Shown piece by piece: positions 21,245 through 30,518 of a stretch of DNA of 64,000 nucleotides. How positions within the stretch are numbered: position 1 is the first letter of the stretch; each line of letters opens with the position of its first letter. Both the position numbers and the translations under genes were made by a program. Origin of the DNA: a bacterium (GTDB lineage Bacteria > Lernaellota > Lernaellaia > Lernaellales > Lernaellaceae); assembly GCA_036725605.1 (NCBI GenBank), contig DAIMDW010000001.1:545045-609044 (forward strand), read 5' to 3'. The notes under the pieces are model-generated. The model did not search any database. It was not told the DNA's origin and saw only the letters and a list, made by a program, of their open reading frames with translations.

Positions 21245-22366
21245 TCAATCGCCGGCGACCGCATCCCGCACCGCAAACAGCAACGCGCTCCAGTCCTCGG
21301 TCGATAATTGCCCTTTGTGCTCGCCCAAACGCAGAATCACCAAATCCCTGCTCGGGCTGATGAACAGATACTGCCCCAAGTGGCCCGAGGCGCGGTAATC
21401 CCCCGTCTCCCGATCCATGATCCACCAGCCGTACTGATAGAACCACGCGCTGCCTTGCGTTTCGTCGATTTTCGTGGAGTCGCGCACCCACTGCCGGGGG
21501 ACGAGCTGTCGCCCGTTCCATTCGCCTTCGTGCAGGTACAAGCGGCCGAATTTTAGAAAGTCGATCGCCCGCGCGCTGAGGCAACAGAACGTCTTCTCGA
21601 CGCCCCCGGGTCGATCCGTGCTGTACAGGCCGCCGTATTGCATGCCCAGCGGTTCCCACAACCGCTCCTGCATGTAGGCGGTAATCGTCTTTCCGCCCAA
21701 CGCCCGCGTCAGCGCCAATCCCAATAACTCGTTTTCGCCGCTTTTGTAAGAATAGCGGACGCCCGGTTTTTCCCGTAGCGTCAGGGCGAGGCAATCCTTC
21801 ACCAGATGCTCCGAGTAATAAAAATGCGGGTGCAGGCCGAAGGGATTGTCCGACTCGAAATAGTCCATGCCCGAGGTCATCTGCAATAGATGGCGGATCG
21901 TCACCTGGTCGTATCCGGCGTCGCGTAGCTCGGGCACGAAGTCGGTTACCGGCTGTTCGACCGATTCGATCAGCCCGTCGGCGATGGCGCAACCGATCAG
22001 AATGGACAAAAACGACTTGGCCATTGAAAACGACATCGACGGCGTTTCGCGGCTGTGGCCGTTGTAGTAGCGTTCGGCGATCAACCGATCGTGATGCAGC
22101 ACCAAAAACGCCAGCGTGCCGTTGTCGGCCAGCACCCGATCCAGTTCGACATCGCGATGGGCGGCGAAGGAAATCGTCTTGGGCATCCGCTCGGGATTCT
22201 CCGTCGTCAGCGCAAAGGGTTGCGGCGACGCAAACAACGGACGCGACGAGAAAATGTTGAAGTCGTAAACGCCGGATTCCCCATATTTGACGATCCGCCA
22301 AAACGTGCATCCGGCGATCAGGAGAAGAAGCGCGGCTAAGAAAATCAGAGCGATCTTGCGTTTCAT
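21245..22366 (-). CDS. Beta-lactamase-family serine hydrolase lipoprotein
   Basis: Signal peptide with LIAGC lipobox. S-x-x-K motif (SFSMAKSF). YSN-like YSYKSG. Confidence 0.7.
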   Translation of the reverse strand: MKRKIALIFLAALLLLIAGCTFWRIVKYGESGVYDFNIFSSRPLFASPQPFALTTENPERMPKTISFAAHRDVELDRVLADNGTLAFLVLHHDRLIAERYYNGHSRETPSMSFSMAKSFLSILIGCAIADGLIESVEQPVTDFVPELRDAGYDQVTIRHLLQMTSGMDYFESDNPFGLHPHFYYSEHLVKDCLALTLREKPGVRYSYKSGENELLGLALTRALGGKTITAYMQERLWEPLGMQYGGLYSTDRPGGVEKTFCCLSARAIDFLKFGRLYLHEGEWNGRQLVPRQWVRDSTKIDETQGSAWFYQYGWWIMDRETGDYRASGHLGQYLFISPSRDLVILRLGEHKGQLSTEDWSALLFAVRDAVAGD

Positions 22367-22459
22367 ACCCCTGCTCCCTTGGTGAATCGGCGGAAATTTA
22401 CCACAAAAAAACGGACCGCAGGCAAATACCTTGCGGCCCGTCGTTTCGTTGACGAATGG

Positions 22460-23995
22460 TTACGCGGTAGCCTTGTGATCGTTCTTGTGCGCGTTCTCGG
22501 CGGCGTGGAACAACTTGCGGAAGATGATCAAACCCAACGGCGACAGCGCCGCCATGCCGCCGATCCAGATCCACACCCAATAGTGGTTCGGATACGAGGC
22601 CGCGCCCTCCGGCGTGTAGGTGGCCACCAGCCAACCCGACATCGGACCGGCGATGAACTTGGCGCCGAAATACGGCAGGTACGACAGCGCGATGTAAGAA
22701 CCCTCGCGACCGACCGGCGCGATTTCGGCGGTAAACTGCATCAGCCGCGGCGACCAGATCGACTCGCCCACCGTAAAGGTGAAGATGAACACGATCAGCG
22801 TGAAGAACACCGGCTGCTGCATTTCCGCCGGCACTTTCAGCCAGCGGTTGAAGATCAATTCGGCGAACCAGGTGTTCATCCACGGCGAGAAAATCTCCGC
22901 CGGCATCGTGGCGATAAACACCGACACCGCCGAAATGGTGGTGCCCACCACCATCATTTTGTACGAGCTGATTTTCCGCGTCAGGTAACCGACCAGCGGC
23001 ACCAGGAAGACGATCATCGTCGGGTTGAGCACGCCGTAAATGTTGCCGATCTTCACGCCCTCGCCCAGCACGCGGATGCCGTATTTCGGGAACGTGTAGT
23101 GGAAGTGATAAAACACGAGCCGTACGAAAACCAGAATTCCCAACATGAACAGGAAGTACCAAAAAGCCTTCTCCCGCACGGCCTGTCCGAAAATATTGCC
23201 CGTGTCGCGGACGGCGTTTTTGATCGTCTGCGTCGCCACCGAAAAGGTCGAACCGTGCAATTCTTCCCCTTTCGGATCGATCACGACGCCCTGTTCCTCG
23301 GTCATGCGCACGCGATCGCGCATCAAAATAATGAGAATCAGGTTGGGAATCGAAAGGAAAAAGCCGACCAGGAAGATGATCTGATAGGTCGAGAAGTGAA
23401 CGGCCCCGAACGAGGCGCCGGCATGCTCGCCGAAAATCCCGCGGACCGTATCGAAAATGATGCCGCCCAGCGCCCAACCGACGTTCATCAGCGTGTAGAA
23501 CAGGGCGAAGCCCATCGCCGTTCCTTCTTTGGTTGTAAAGCGCTTGATGCCGACCGAGAGCACCGGACCCATGATGCCCACGCCCAACGCCAACGGAATG
23601 AACCCGAAGATAAAAGCGATCCAGAAATTGCTGGTGAACGGCATGACGATACGCGAAATGATCAACACGATCGTGCCGATCAACAGCGTTTTTTTGATGC
23701 CGATCGCATCGCAAACCGCGCCGACGAAAATGGTCGTCAGCGTCAGGCCCATCGACCAGAAGCCGATGAACGAACCGGCCTCGATGTCGCTCAGCCCCAC
23801 GTCCGAAGACAAATACAGCACGAAGCACATGTTCGTCGCGCCATAGGCCGCATACTCGATGATCTTGGTGATGAACAAGATAAACAATTCGCGCGGACTG
23901 CCCCAGAGCCCGCGAATATAGTTGTACAACAAGTAGACGAATGCGCCCCCGAGGGCGATGCCCACGACCCAAATTGCCAGATTGAGTTTGTCCAT
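22460..23995 (-). CDS. MFS transporter
   Basis: Twelve or more hydrophobic helices, a D-R/K loop motif between TM2 and TM3, and a long central loop. The start is taken at MDKLN (23995). Confidence 0.6.
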   Translation of the reverse strand: MDKLNLAIWVVGIALGGAFVYLLYNYIRGLWGSPRELFILFITKIIEYAAYGATNMCFVLYLSSDVGLSDIEAGSFIGFWSMGLTLTTIFVGAVCDAIGIKKTLLIGTIVLIISRIVMPFTSNFWIAFIFGFIPLALGVGIMGPVLSVGIKRFTTKEGTAMGFALFYTLMNVGWALGGIIFDTVRGIFGEHAGASFGAVHFSTYQIIFLVGFFLSIPNLILIILMRDRVRMTEEQGVVIDPKGEELHGSTFSVATQTIKNAVRDTGNIFGQAVREKAFWYFLFMLGILVFVRLVFYHFHYTFPKYGIRVLGEGVKIGNIYGVLNPTMIVFLVPLVGYLTRKISSYKMMVVGTTISAVSVFIATMPAEIFSPWMNTWFAELIFNRWLKVPAEMQQPVFFTLIVFIFTFTVGESIWSPRLMQFTAEIAPVGREGSYIALSYLPYFGAKFIAGPMSGWLVATYTPEGAASYPNHYWVWIWIGGMAALSPLGLIIFRKLFHAAENAHKNDHKATA

Positions 23996-24321
23996 GTGCA
24001 GTCCCGTGTGATGGTTGGCGGTGGATGGTTTTCTTCCAGCCCCGAATTTGCCAAACCTTAACATAGAACTATCGAAAGAAAAACACCTTTTTTCTTCGAG
24101 GGTTCCGGTCAAATCGAAAATAAAAAGCCGTTGCGCCGTCGGCAATCAAACCGTGTTTTCCGCCGTTCATCGTTGGAATTGTACCTGCGAAGATTCAATG
24201 TGTGACATGCGATCCCGGCTCGACTCAAGTATCGCTATGAATCTCGTCTTCAATAATATCATTGTTATCGTCTTTCTATTTGTTTATAAATATATCATCA
24301 TTCGAAAATCGGAGGCGGGCA

Positions 24322-24942
24322 ATGACACTATTCAACTTTTTAATCTACATCGTACTGCCGGGTGGCTTCGGTGGTTTTGTTTTCGGCCTTTTTTCAAAAA
24401 CGCAGCTCATTCTGAAACTCCCCTGTAAAAAGAAAAGCAAGAAAAACACGGAGAATGGGGAAATCGAATGCAGCGCAACCTGGCCCACCGGATTCCTGGG
24501 GGATATTTCTGTCGGCATCGCGGCGGCGATCGCGATTATCCTTTTTTACCGACTGTTTGGGCTGGAGAATATCTTCGTGGTAAAAAGTCTCGACACCAAT
24601 ACATTGATGATGATCATGTCCATTTCGGTAATCGCCGGATTCGCCGGTAAAAAAATTCTCGATGCGCTGCTCAACAAAATTCTCAAGCAAGTCGAAGATT
24701 TGAATATGAAGATATCCGAGGTTAAAACCGAAAACGAAAAGCAGATGCAAAAAAACGAGAAAGTCTTGCTGGGCAAGATGTTCATGGATTACGGCAAACA
24801 CCTGGGAACGACTCAAGCGGCGCAGGAGCCATTTTCCCTGGCGCGCAAGGCATTCAATGAAGCGTTGTCGATCGATCCCAACTTCGAGGTTTCCCAAAAA
24901 GGCTTGGAATTGATCGAAAAGCTGGAGAGTTCCCCGAAATAA
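24322..24942 (+). CDS. Small membrane protein with C-terminal coiled-coil (hypothetical), in a low-GC island
   Basis: GGAGG RBS 7 nt upstream of the ATG. Two TM helices, then a Lys/Glu-rich helical tail. Local GC is far below the window average. Confidence 0.4.
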   Translation: MTLFNFLIYIVLPGGFGGFVFGLFSKTQLILKLPCKKKSKKNTENGEIECSATWPTGFLGDISVGIAAAIAIILFYRLFGLENIFVVKSLDTNTLMMIMSISVIAGFAGKKILDALLNKILKQVEDLNMKISEVKTENEKQMQKNEKVLLGKMFMDYGKHLGTTQAAQEPFSLARKAFNEALSIDPNFEVSQKGLELIEKLESSPK

Positions 24943-24963
24943 AATACCGGAGCATTGTCGCCG

Positions 24964-25392
24964 CTACGCTCCCTCGATTTCCATCACCCATTCCGGCAGA
25001 CCGAAATACTCGCTGATTTGCTCGCGCACAAAGGCAAAGCCCACTCCCTCGTAAAACGCGATGCCGTTGCGGTTGTCGCGAAACACGTTGACCGTCAGCC
25101 GCTCGTACATGCCCCGCGCGTGATTCACCAGCGCCCGGCCGATGCCCTGGCGATGATACGCCGGATCGACGAACAGTCCGCCGATGTGCTCGCCGATCAG
25201 CGCGATGAATCCGACGATCTCCCCCTCGTTTTCATACAACCACTGCCGCGCCTCGGGGATGGCGTGCTCGATGATTTCCTGCCGGTCCTTCGCCAGTTGC
25301 TCCTCCGATAAAAACGGATGCCCCACCCGCGATGCGGCCAGCCAGATGTCCATCACACGCCCCAAATCCTCGTCCCGATAATCGCGAATCAT
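24964..25392 (-). CDS. GNAT family N-acetyltransferase
   Basis: GGLFVDPAYHRQGIGRALV motif A. Confidence 0.7.
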   Translation of the reverse strand: MIRDYRDEDLGRVMDIWLAASRVGHPFLSEEQLAKDRQEIIEHAIPEARQWLYENEGEIVGFIALIGEHIGGLFVDPAYHRQGIGRALVNHARGMYERLTVNVFRDNRNGIAFYEGVGFAFVREQISEYFGLPEWVMEIEGA

Positions 25393-25522
25393 TTGTATTC
25401 TCCGTCAGTTGTGGGCCGATTATGCACACTTTCGGTAAAATCGGCAAGAAACCTTGCAATTTGGTTGTCAGTCGTTAAGATGCCCGCACGCGAAAACGAC
25501 CTTTACGGAAAGGAAACCGAAA

Positions 25523-25951
25523 ATGTTGAAAAAGAGTTCCTTGATCTTGTTCACGTTGCTCGCTTTTACCTTGTCGCTGCATCTGATCGCTTGCGAAGAG
25601 GACTGCGAGGATTGTGACTGCGATTGTGACGACGACGACGATAGCGCCGACGATGACGATGATGACAACAACTACAACTCGTGCGATCCCAACCAGGAAT
25701 GCGTCAACTGGTACGTCTCCTGCTGGGGCGAAGCCTTCTCCAGCTACGCGGCCGATTTCTGCGGCGTCTACCAGACTCAATTCAACCAGTATTGGGATAC
25801 CAGCAACGCTTGCGTCATCAACGCCGAATGTGAATTTTTCGGCTGCCTGCAAGCCAACCTCACCGATTGCATCGGCACGGATCAGACGCAGGTGCAAACC
25901 GAAATCGACGCCTGTTGGATGGTCTTCGAAGCGACCGCCAACGCCTGCTGA
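25523..25951 (+). CDS. Small secreted Cys- and Asp-rich lipoprotein (hypothetical)
   Basis: Signal peptide with LIAC lipobox, an acidic Cys/Asp tract CEEDCEDCDCDCDDDDDSADDDDDD, then a roughly 90-aa domain with 8 Cys. Confidence 0.5.
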   Translation: MLKKSSLILFTLLAFTLSLHLIACEEDCEDCDCDCDDDDDSADDDDDDNNYNSCDPNQECVNWYVSCWGEAFSSYAADFCGVYQTQFNQYWDTSNACVINAECEFFGCLQANLTDCIGTDQTQVQTEIDACWMVFEATANAC

Positions 25952-26207
25952 TATCGGGATGTTCGTACGGCGTCGGATTCCTCTTGAGGTCCGGCGCCGT
26001 TTCCGGTATACGAAATGACGTACCATCATTCGAATAACGGGAAAACGGAGAAAGCAATGTCTGCCTTTCACCGCCATAACTGAGCGTTGATCCGTAAGGC
26101 CGGTCCGGTCTTTCGGTCAGATTTTGCTCGGCTTCCCGTTCCCTCCGCTTAGGGCGCTTCCCGATCGGACGGCGGCGGGGGCCGTCAACCGATCAAGGAG
26201 GTGCTCG

Positions 26208-27488
26208 ATGTCCGCTGATTATCGTCCGATGTGGCAGCAACTGGGACTGGACCTGAACGCGCACGACGCGCTGCTTGGCGTGCTCGGCCAGGCATACCAG
26301 GAGATATTCCTTTCCCAGGAAAATCGCCCCGAGAACATGGCCTATTTCGATTTCGTTATGAGCGAAGTGCACGGCCTGCGCATCAAGGAACTGATGGACG
26401 CCAAGGCGGAAGGCCGCAAGGTGTTCGGCAGTTTCTGCGTTTTCGTGCCCGAGGAATTCGTGCTCGCCGTCGACGGCGTCTTGGTCGGCCTGTGCGCCGG
26501 CGCGGAATTCGGCTTCGCCGAGGCCGAAAAACTGCTGCCCACCAACACCTGCGCGTTGATCAAAAGCTTCCTGGGCTTCGGCCTGACCAAGGTGTGCCCC
26601 TACCTCGCGGCTTCGGATCTCGTTGTCGGTGAAACGACCTGTGACGGCAAAAAGAAGGCCTATGAAATTTTCGCCGATTACGTCAATCAACTCTACGTCA
26701 TGGATCTGCCGCAGAAGAAAACCGGTGAAGGACGAGCCCTGCTGCGCGGCGAATATCGCAAGTTCATTACCCAGGTCGAAGAGGTTAGCGGCAAAAAAAT
26801 CACCGTCGACAACCTGCGCGAAGCGATCAAAACGGTCAACGCCAAACGACGGGCGATGCAGCGCCTGGCGAAACTGCGCGCCGCCGATCCGACGCCGATT
26901 TCCGGCCTCGACGCGCTGCTGGCCAATCAGGTGTTCTTCTACGACAATCCCCAGCGTTTCACCGCCTCGGTCGAAAAAATCTGCGACGAATTGCAGGCGC
27001 GAATCAAAGACAAAGTCGGCGTTTCCACCAACGGCGCGCCGCGCATTCTGGTTTCCGGCTGCCCGATGGCCGTGCCGAACTGGAAAACCTACATGCTGGT
27101 CGAGCAATCCGGCGCGGTGATCGTCGGCGAGGAATCGTGCGTCGGCGAACGCGGCACGCAGTTCCTGGTCTATGAAAACGCCACGACGATGGACGAGATG
27201 ATCGAAGCGATCGTCGATCGCTACTTCGCCCTCGACTGCGCCGTGTTCACGCCCAATCCCACGCGGCTGGATCATATCAAACAAATGGCGGCCGACTACA
27301 AAGCCGACGGCGTGATCCATTACAACCTGCAGTTCTGCGGTCCCTACCAGGTGGAATCCGGCCCGGTGGCGGCGCAACTGCTGGATGCCGACATTCCCGT
27401 CCTGCGCATTGATACCGATTACGGCATGGGCGACGGCGAACAGCTCAAAACGCGTATCCAGGCGTTCCTTGAGCAAATCGGCAAATAA
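26208..27488 (+). CDS. 2-hydroxyacyl-CoA dehydratase family protein (HgdB/HadC/BadD-like, double-cubane-cluster family)
   Basis: AAGGAGG RBS 7 nt upstream of the ATG at 26208. Conserved Cys positions (TTCDGKKK, SGCPMAV, ESCVGERG, LQFCGPY) fit the HGD-D family. No activator (HgdC-like ATPase) partner is visible in the window. Confidence 0.6.
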   Translation: MSADYRPMWQQLGLDLNAHDALLGVLGQAYQEIFLSQENRPENMAYFDFVMSEVHGLRIKELMDAKAEGRKVFGSFCVFVPEEFVLAVDGVLVGLCAGAEFGFAEAEKLLPTNTCALIKSFLGFGLTKVCPYLAASDLVVGETTCDGKKKAYEIFADYVNQLYVMDLPQKKTGEGRALLRGEYRKFITQVEEVSGKKITVDNLREAIKTVNAKRRAMQRLAKLRAADPTPISGLDALLANQVFFYDNPQRFTASVEKICDELQARIKDKVGVSTNGAPRILVSGCPMAVPNWKTYMLVEQSGAVIVGEESCVGERGTQFLVYENATTMDEMIEAIVDRYFALDCAVFTPNPTRLDHIKQMAADYKADGVIHYNLQFCGPYQVESGPVAAQLLDADIPVLRIDTDYGMGDGEQLKTRIQAFLEQIGK

Positions 27489-27510
27489 TCGATCCTTCCT
27501 TTCCGAGGCC

Positions 27511-27545
27511 AACCCCGTGTCTGTCCGGCGCGGGGTTTTTCTTTA
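27511..27545 (+). terminator. Putative rho-independent terminator
   Basis: aaCCCCG-13 nt-CGGGGttttt located 25 nt after the stop of the HgdB-like gene. Confidence 0.4.
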
Positions 27546-27593
27546 CATTTTCCGTCACTGGATTAATATGCCCCGCAACAGGAGGAACACATC

Positions 27594-28040
27594 ATGGCCG
27601 TCAATAAAGAGATGATCGCTCCCTGCGGCATTTTTTGCGAACCGTGTCCCATGTACCTCGCCCAATTCGACGAAGCGATGCGCCTGACGCTCAGCGAACG
27701 ATTGCAGCGCGATCCGGAATTGTGCTCCTGCGCCGGCTGCCGTCCCACTGCGGGCAGCCCGGCCCCGCTGCTGGGCAAAGTGTGCCCTACCTTTTCCTGT
27801 GCCGAAAACAAAGGGCACGAAACCTGCGGCGAATGCGCCGACTTCCCGTGCAACATGCTGCATCCTGCCGCCGATCGCGCCGCGCAATTGCCGCACAACT
27901 GCAAGGTTTTCAGCCTGCTCGTCCTGCGCCGTGACGGCGTCGAGCGTTGGGCCGAGCAATATCCCCAGATCGGGCGGCGTTATTATCAGGGGCAAATGGT
28001 CATCGGCAGCGGACCGGCGTTGCCCGACGACGAAAAATAA
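27594..28040 (+). CDS. Small Cys-rich metal-binding protein (DUF3795-like)
   Basis: CGIFCEPCP, CSCAGC and CPTFSC..CGECADFPC clusters in 148 aa. Confidence 0.45.
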   Translation: MAVNKEMIAPCGIFCEPCPMYLAQFDEAMRLTLSERLQRDPELCSCAGCRPTAGSPAPLLGKVCPTFSCAENKGHETCGECADFPCNMLHPAADRAAQLPHNCKVFSLLVLRRDGVERWAEQYPQIGRRYYQGQMVIGSGPALPDDEK

Positions 28041-28060
28041 ACCTCCCACTCGGAGGAACG

Positions 28061-28798
28061 TTGAAACTCAAAGACGTTCGCGCGGCGTTGCTGGCCATGC
28101 CGTCGCCCGCATACCCGACCGAGGGGCGGATCGACCTGCCCGCTCCCGCACAACGATATTTCGCTTATGCGCTTCACGGATCGGCCTGCCCGCGTGCGGT
28201 CGGCCTGCACATGCACGGTGAAATTCGCCCCAATCCCAAGGGCGCTTGGCTGCCGTTCACCGCGCGGCAAATCATCGCGCCCGGTCGCGGCTTCGCCTGG
28301 GAGGCGTCGGCCGGTCGCGGCCTGCCGCGGCTGGTCGGTGGAGATTATTACTTCAACAACGAAGCGTGTGTCGCCTTTCGCCTGTGGAACATCCTTCCTG
28401 TCGTGCGCGCCGGCGGGCCGGACATCGCCCGTTCCGCGCGCGGTCGTTTGGCGATGGAATCGATTTTTCTTCCCTCCTCCCTGCGGCACGCCGCGTGGGA
28501 AACGCTCGATGAACATTGCGCGCGCTGCATTCAGCAAATCGACGGAGAGACGATCGCTTTCGATTTGACGGTCGACGAGCGCGGCGTTCCCCGCCACGTC
28601 GACATGCTGCGCTGGAGCGACCAGACCGACGACAAACGTTTCGCCCCGGTGCCCTTTGGCGTGAACATTATCGCTATGCAGCGTTTCGGTGATTGGGAAC
28701 TTCCCGCGCTAGTCAGCGTCGGCTGGCATCGCGGCGAGGAACGTTATGCGACGGGCGAATTTTTCCGCGCCCGCATCACGGCGGCTGAATTTTTCTGA
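28061..28798 (+). CDS. Hypothetical protein (TTG start)
   Basis: GGAGGA RBS 4 nt upstream of the TTG at 28061. The rest of ORF 27947..28798 upstream of this is out-of-frame overlap with the previous gene. Confidence 0.4.
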   Translation: MKLKDVRAALLAMPSPAYPTEGRIDLPAPAQRYFAYALHGSACPRAVGLHMHGEIRPNPKGAWLPFTARQIIAPGRGFAWEASAGRGLPRLVGGDYYFNNEACVAFRLWNILPVVRAGGPDIARSARGRLAMESIFLPSSLRHAAWETLDEHCARCIQQIDGETIAFDLTVDERGVPRHVDMLRWSDQTDDKRFAPVPFGVNIIAMQRFGDWELPALVSVGWHRGEERYATGEFFRARITAAEFF

Positions 28799-28801
28799 AC
28801 G

Positions 28802-29329
28802 TTATTGTTCGCTTTTAAGCAAGCGCAGATCGTCGAGCCAGACATTCCCCTGTCCGTTGATCACCAGGTTGAGTTTAACCCGCCCCAGTATTTTGCCTTG
28901 TGGGACAGTGTAATGCGTTTGCACCGTTTCCCAGTCACTGTTGCCGCTGACGGCATCTTTCTGCCCGCGCGTGACATACTCGCCTTTGGGGCCGAAGTCG
29001 CACCACATTTCCAAGTACGCATTCCCCTTCAGGTCATTTGATTTCATTTTCGCCTGATAGATCAGGATGGTCTTTCCCTTGATCGTCGGTTCGGGCTGCA
29101 CCTCGAACAGCTCGACCGTCATCGGCAGTTTCGCTTCGATCAACAACGCGCCGTTGCCGTCGCTGGAATCCGCCGACACGAAACGCACCACCTCGGGCGT
29201 GATCATGCCCTGCGTATTGTCCAGGGGAAAATGTGCGATTTCGACCGAATCGCTCATGCGGTTGCTTTGACAGGCGAGCGCCGCCATCGCCAGCAGCACG
29301 ATCAGAAAGATCGTCGCGACATGCCTCAT
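28802..29329 (-). CDS. Lipoprotein, hypothetical
   Basis: GGAGG RBS 8 nt upstream of the ATG (MRHV...). Signal peptide with LACQ lipobox. Confidence 0.5.
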   Translation of the reverse strand: MRHVATIFLIVLLAMAALACQSNRMSDSVEIAHFPLDNTQGMITPEVVRFVSADSSDGNGALLIEAKLPMTVELFEVQPEPTIKGKTILIYQAKMKSNDLKGNAYLEMWCDFGPKGEYVTRGQKDAVSGNSDWETVQTHYTVPQGKILGRVKLNLVINGQGNVWLDDLRLLKSEQ

Positions 29330-29345
29330 GCGATCCACCTCCGGT

Positions 29346-30233
29346 TTACAGCGAGGCGGCGAACGCCTCCCGCATGCTTCGTTGCACGTGGAGAAAATCG
29401 TAATCGATGCGATCGTCCCACACGGTGACCTTGTCCTTGCGCTTGAGCATGAGCTTGGGCGCTTCGACCATCAACGCGGTCAGGTTGCGGATCCACAAAA
29501 TGCCGTCGGTGCCGGTGATCTCGATGGAATCGTCCGTCGGCGCACCTTCGCTCATCACTTCCAACTCCGGCGAAAACACCATTTCGTGCACGCCGTAACG
29601 GCTGTCGGCCTTGAATTTATAGGCCTCCATGCGCGCCCGCGGCCCCTCGTAGGTTTTCACCGCGACGATCGGGCCCATCAAATACTCGATCACTTCGCGC
29701 TTGGCGAAGGCCGGATGCGTATCGAACGCCGCCGGTGAAAATTCCCCCGGTTCCAGCCCTGGCCCGAAGCCGCCTTTGCCGCCCAGGTTCGATTTGATGC
29801 GGATCACCTGGATCTCGCCGACCTGGTCGTCGTCGAGCAGCTCTTTCGCCTGCCGCGTGAACGGATGCCGCAACAGCGTGTCCATCACGACCAGCTTGAC
29901 GCCCGATTTCGCGGCCAGACGACGCAACTCCTCGGCTTCCTTTGCGGTCGCCGCCAACGGCGGATTGATCGCGATGTGCTTTTTCCGCGCACACGCCGCT
30001 TCGACGATCGGCCGGTGCATCGACAAGGGCATGTGCACGTCGATCGCCTCGACCTCGTCGGCGGCCAGCATCTCCCGCCAATCCTCAAACGTCTTCGCAC
30101 CGTCAACCTTCTGCCGGTACGCGGCGGTCAGCTCGACGTACTTGAGTTCGCGATAGGCCGCGGCCAGCATCTTCGCCCACGGCTCGACGGCAATCAGTCC
30201 CACGCGTACGATTCGTTTTTGTTTGGCTGCCAT
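29346..30233 (-). CDS. Gfo/Idh/MocA-like protein with degenerate Rossmann motif (possible non-catalytic partner subunit)
   Basis: AGGAGG RBS 4 nt upstream of the ATG. Overall Gfo/Idh/MocA topology (N-terminal Rossmann-like half and C-terminal alpha/beta half), but VGLIAVEPWAKM replaces the GxGxxG motif. Confidence 0.5.
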   Translation of the reverse strand: MAAKQKRIVRVGLIAVEPWAKMLAAAYRELKYVELTAAYRQKVDGAKTFEDWREMLAADEVEAIDVHMPLSMHRPIVEAACARKKHIAINPPLAATAKEAEELRRLAAKSGVKLVVMDTLLRHPFTRQAKELLDDDQVGEIQVIRIKSNLGGKGGFGPGLEPGEFSPAAFDTHPAFAKREVIEYLMGPIVAVKTYEGPRARMEAYKFKADSRYGVHEMVFSPELEVMSEGAPTDDSIEITGTDGILWIRNLTALMVEAPKLMLKRKDKVTVWDDRIDYDFLHVQRSMREAFAASL

Positions 30234-30241
30234 CGTGCCTC

Positions 30242-30514
30242 CTACCACAGCGCGCCGCGCACCAGCGCCTTGAACTGCGCGGGCCGCGCCTCGATGATCA
30301 TCCGGCGCGCCAGCATCGAGCTTTCCGGATCGAGAAAGATTTTCTTCGCATCGCCAAGCACGACGATGTTGAAGTCGTCGGGATTGCGTCGCTCCAAAAA
30401 CCGGATAATGCGGTTGAGCAGCGCGACGAACCGCGCGTCGGACAAATGCGTGATCAGAAAACGCGCCAGCGGCCAGGCCAGCGCGGCAACGATATTGGCA
30501 AATGTTTTCTTCAT
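30242..30514 (-). CDS. Small hypothetical protein (90 aa)
   Basis: Sits between the two oxidoreductase genes with an 8-nt gap downstream and a 4-nt gap upstream, consistent with operon membership. Confidence 0.4.
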   Translation of the reverse strand: MKKTFANIVAALAWPLARFLITHLSDARFVALLNRIIRFLERRNPDDFNIVVLGDAKKIFLDPESSMLARRMIIEARPAQFKALVRGALW

Positions 30515-30518
30515 GATC

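Noticed and set aside
19970-24061. Long antisense ORFs (402, 374, 560 and 524 aa) opposite the hybrid kinase, beta-lactamase-like and MFS genes
   Set aside because: High-GC artefacts. The sense strands carry clear H-box, SxxK and TM-helix signatures.
26193-27512. 439-aa minus ORF opposite the HgdB-like gene
   Set aside because: Antisense artefact.
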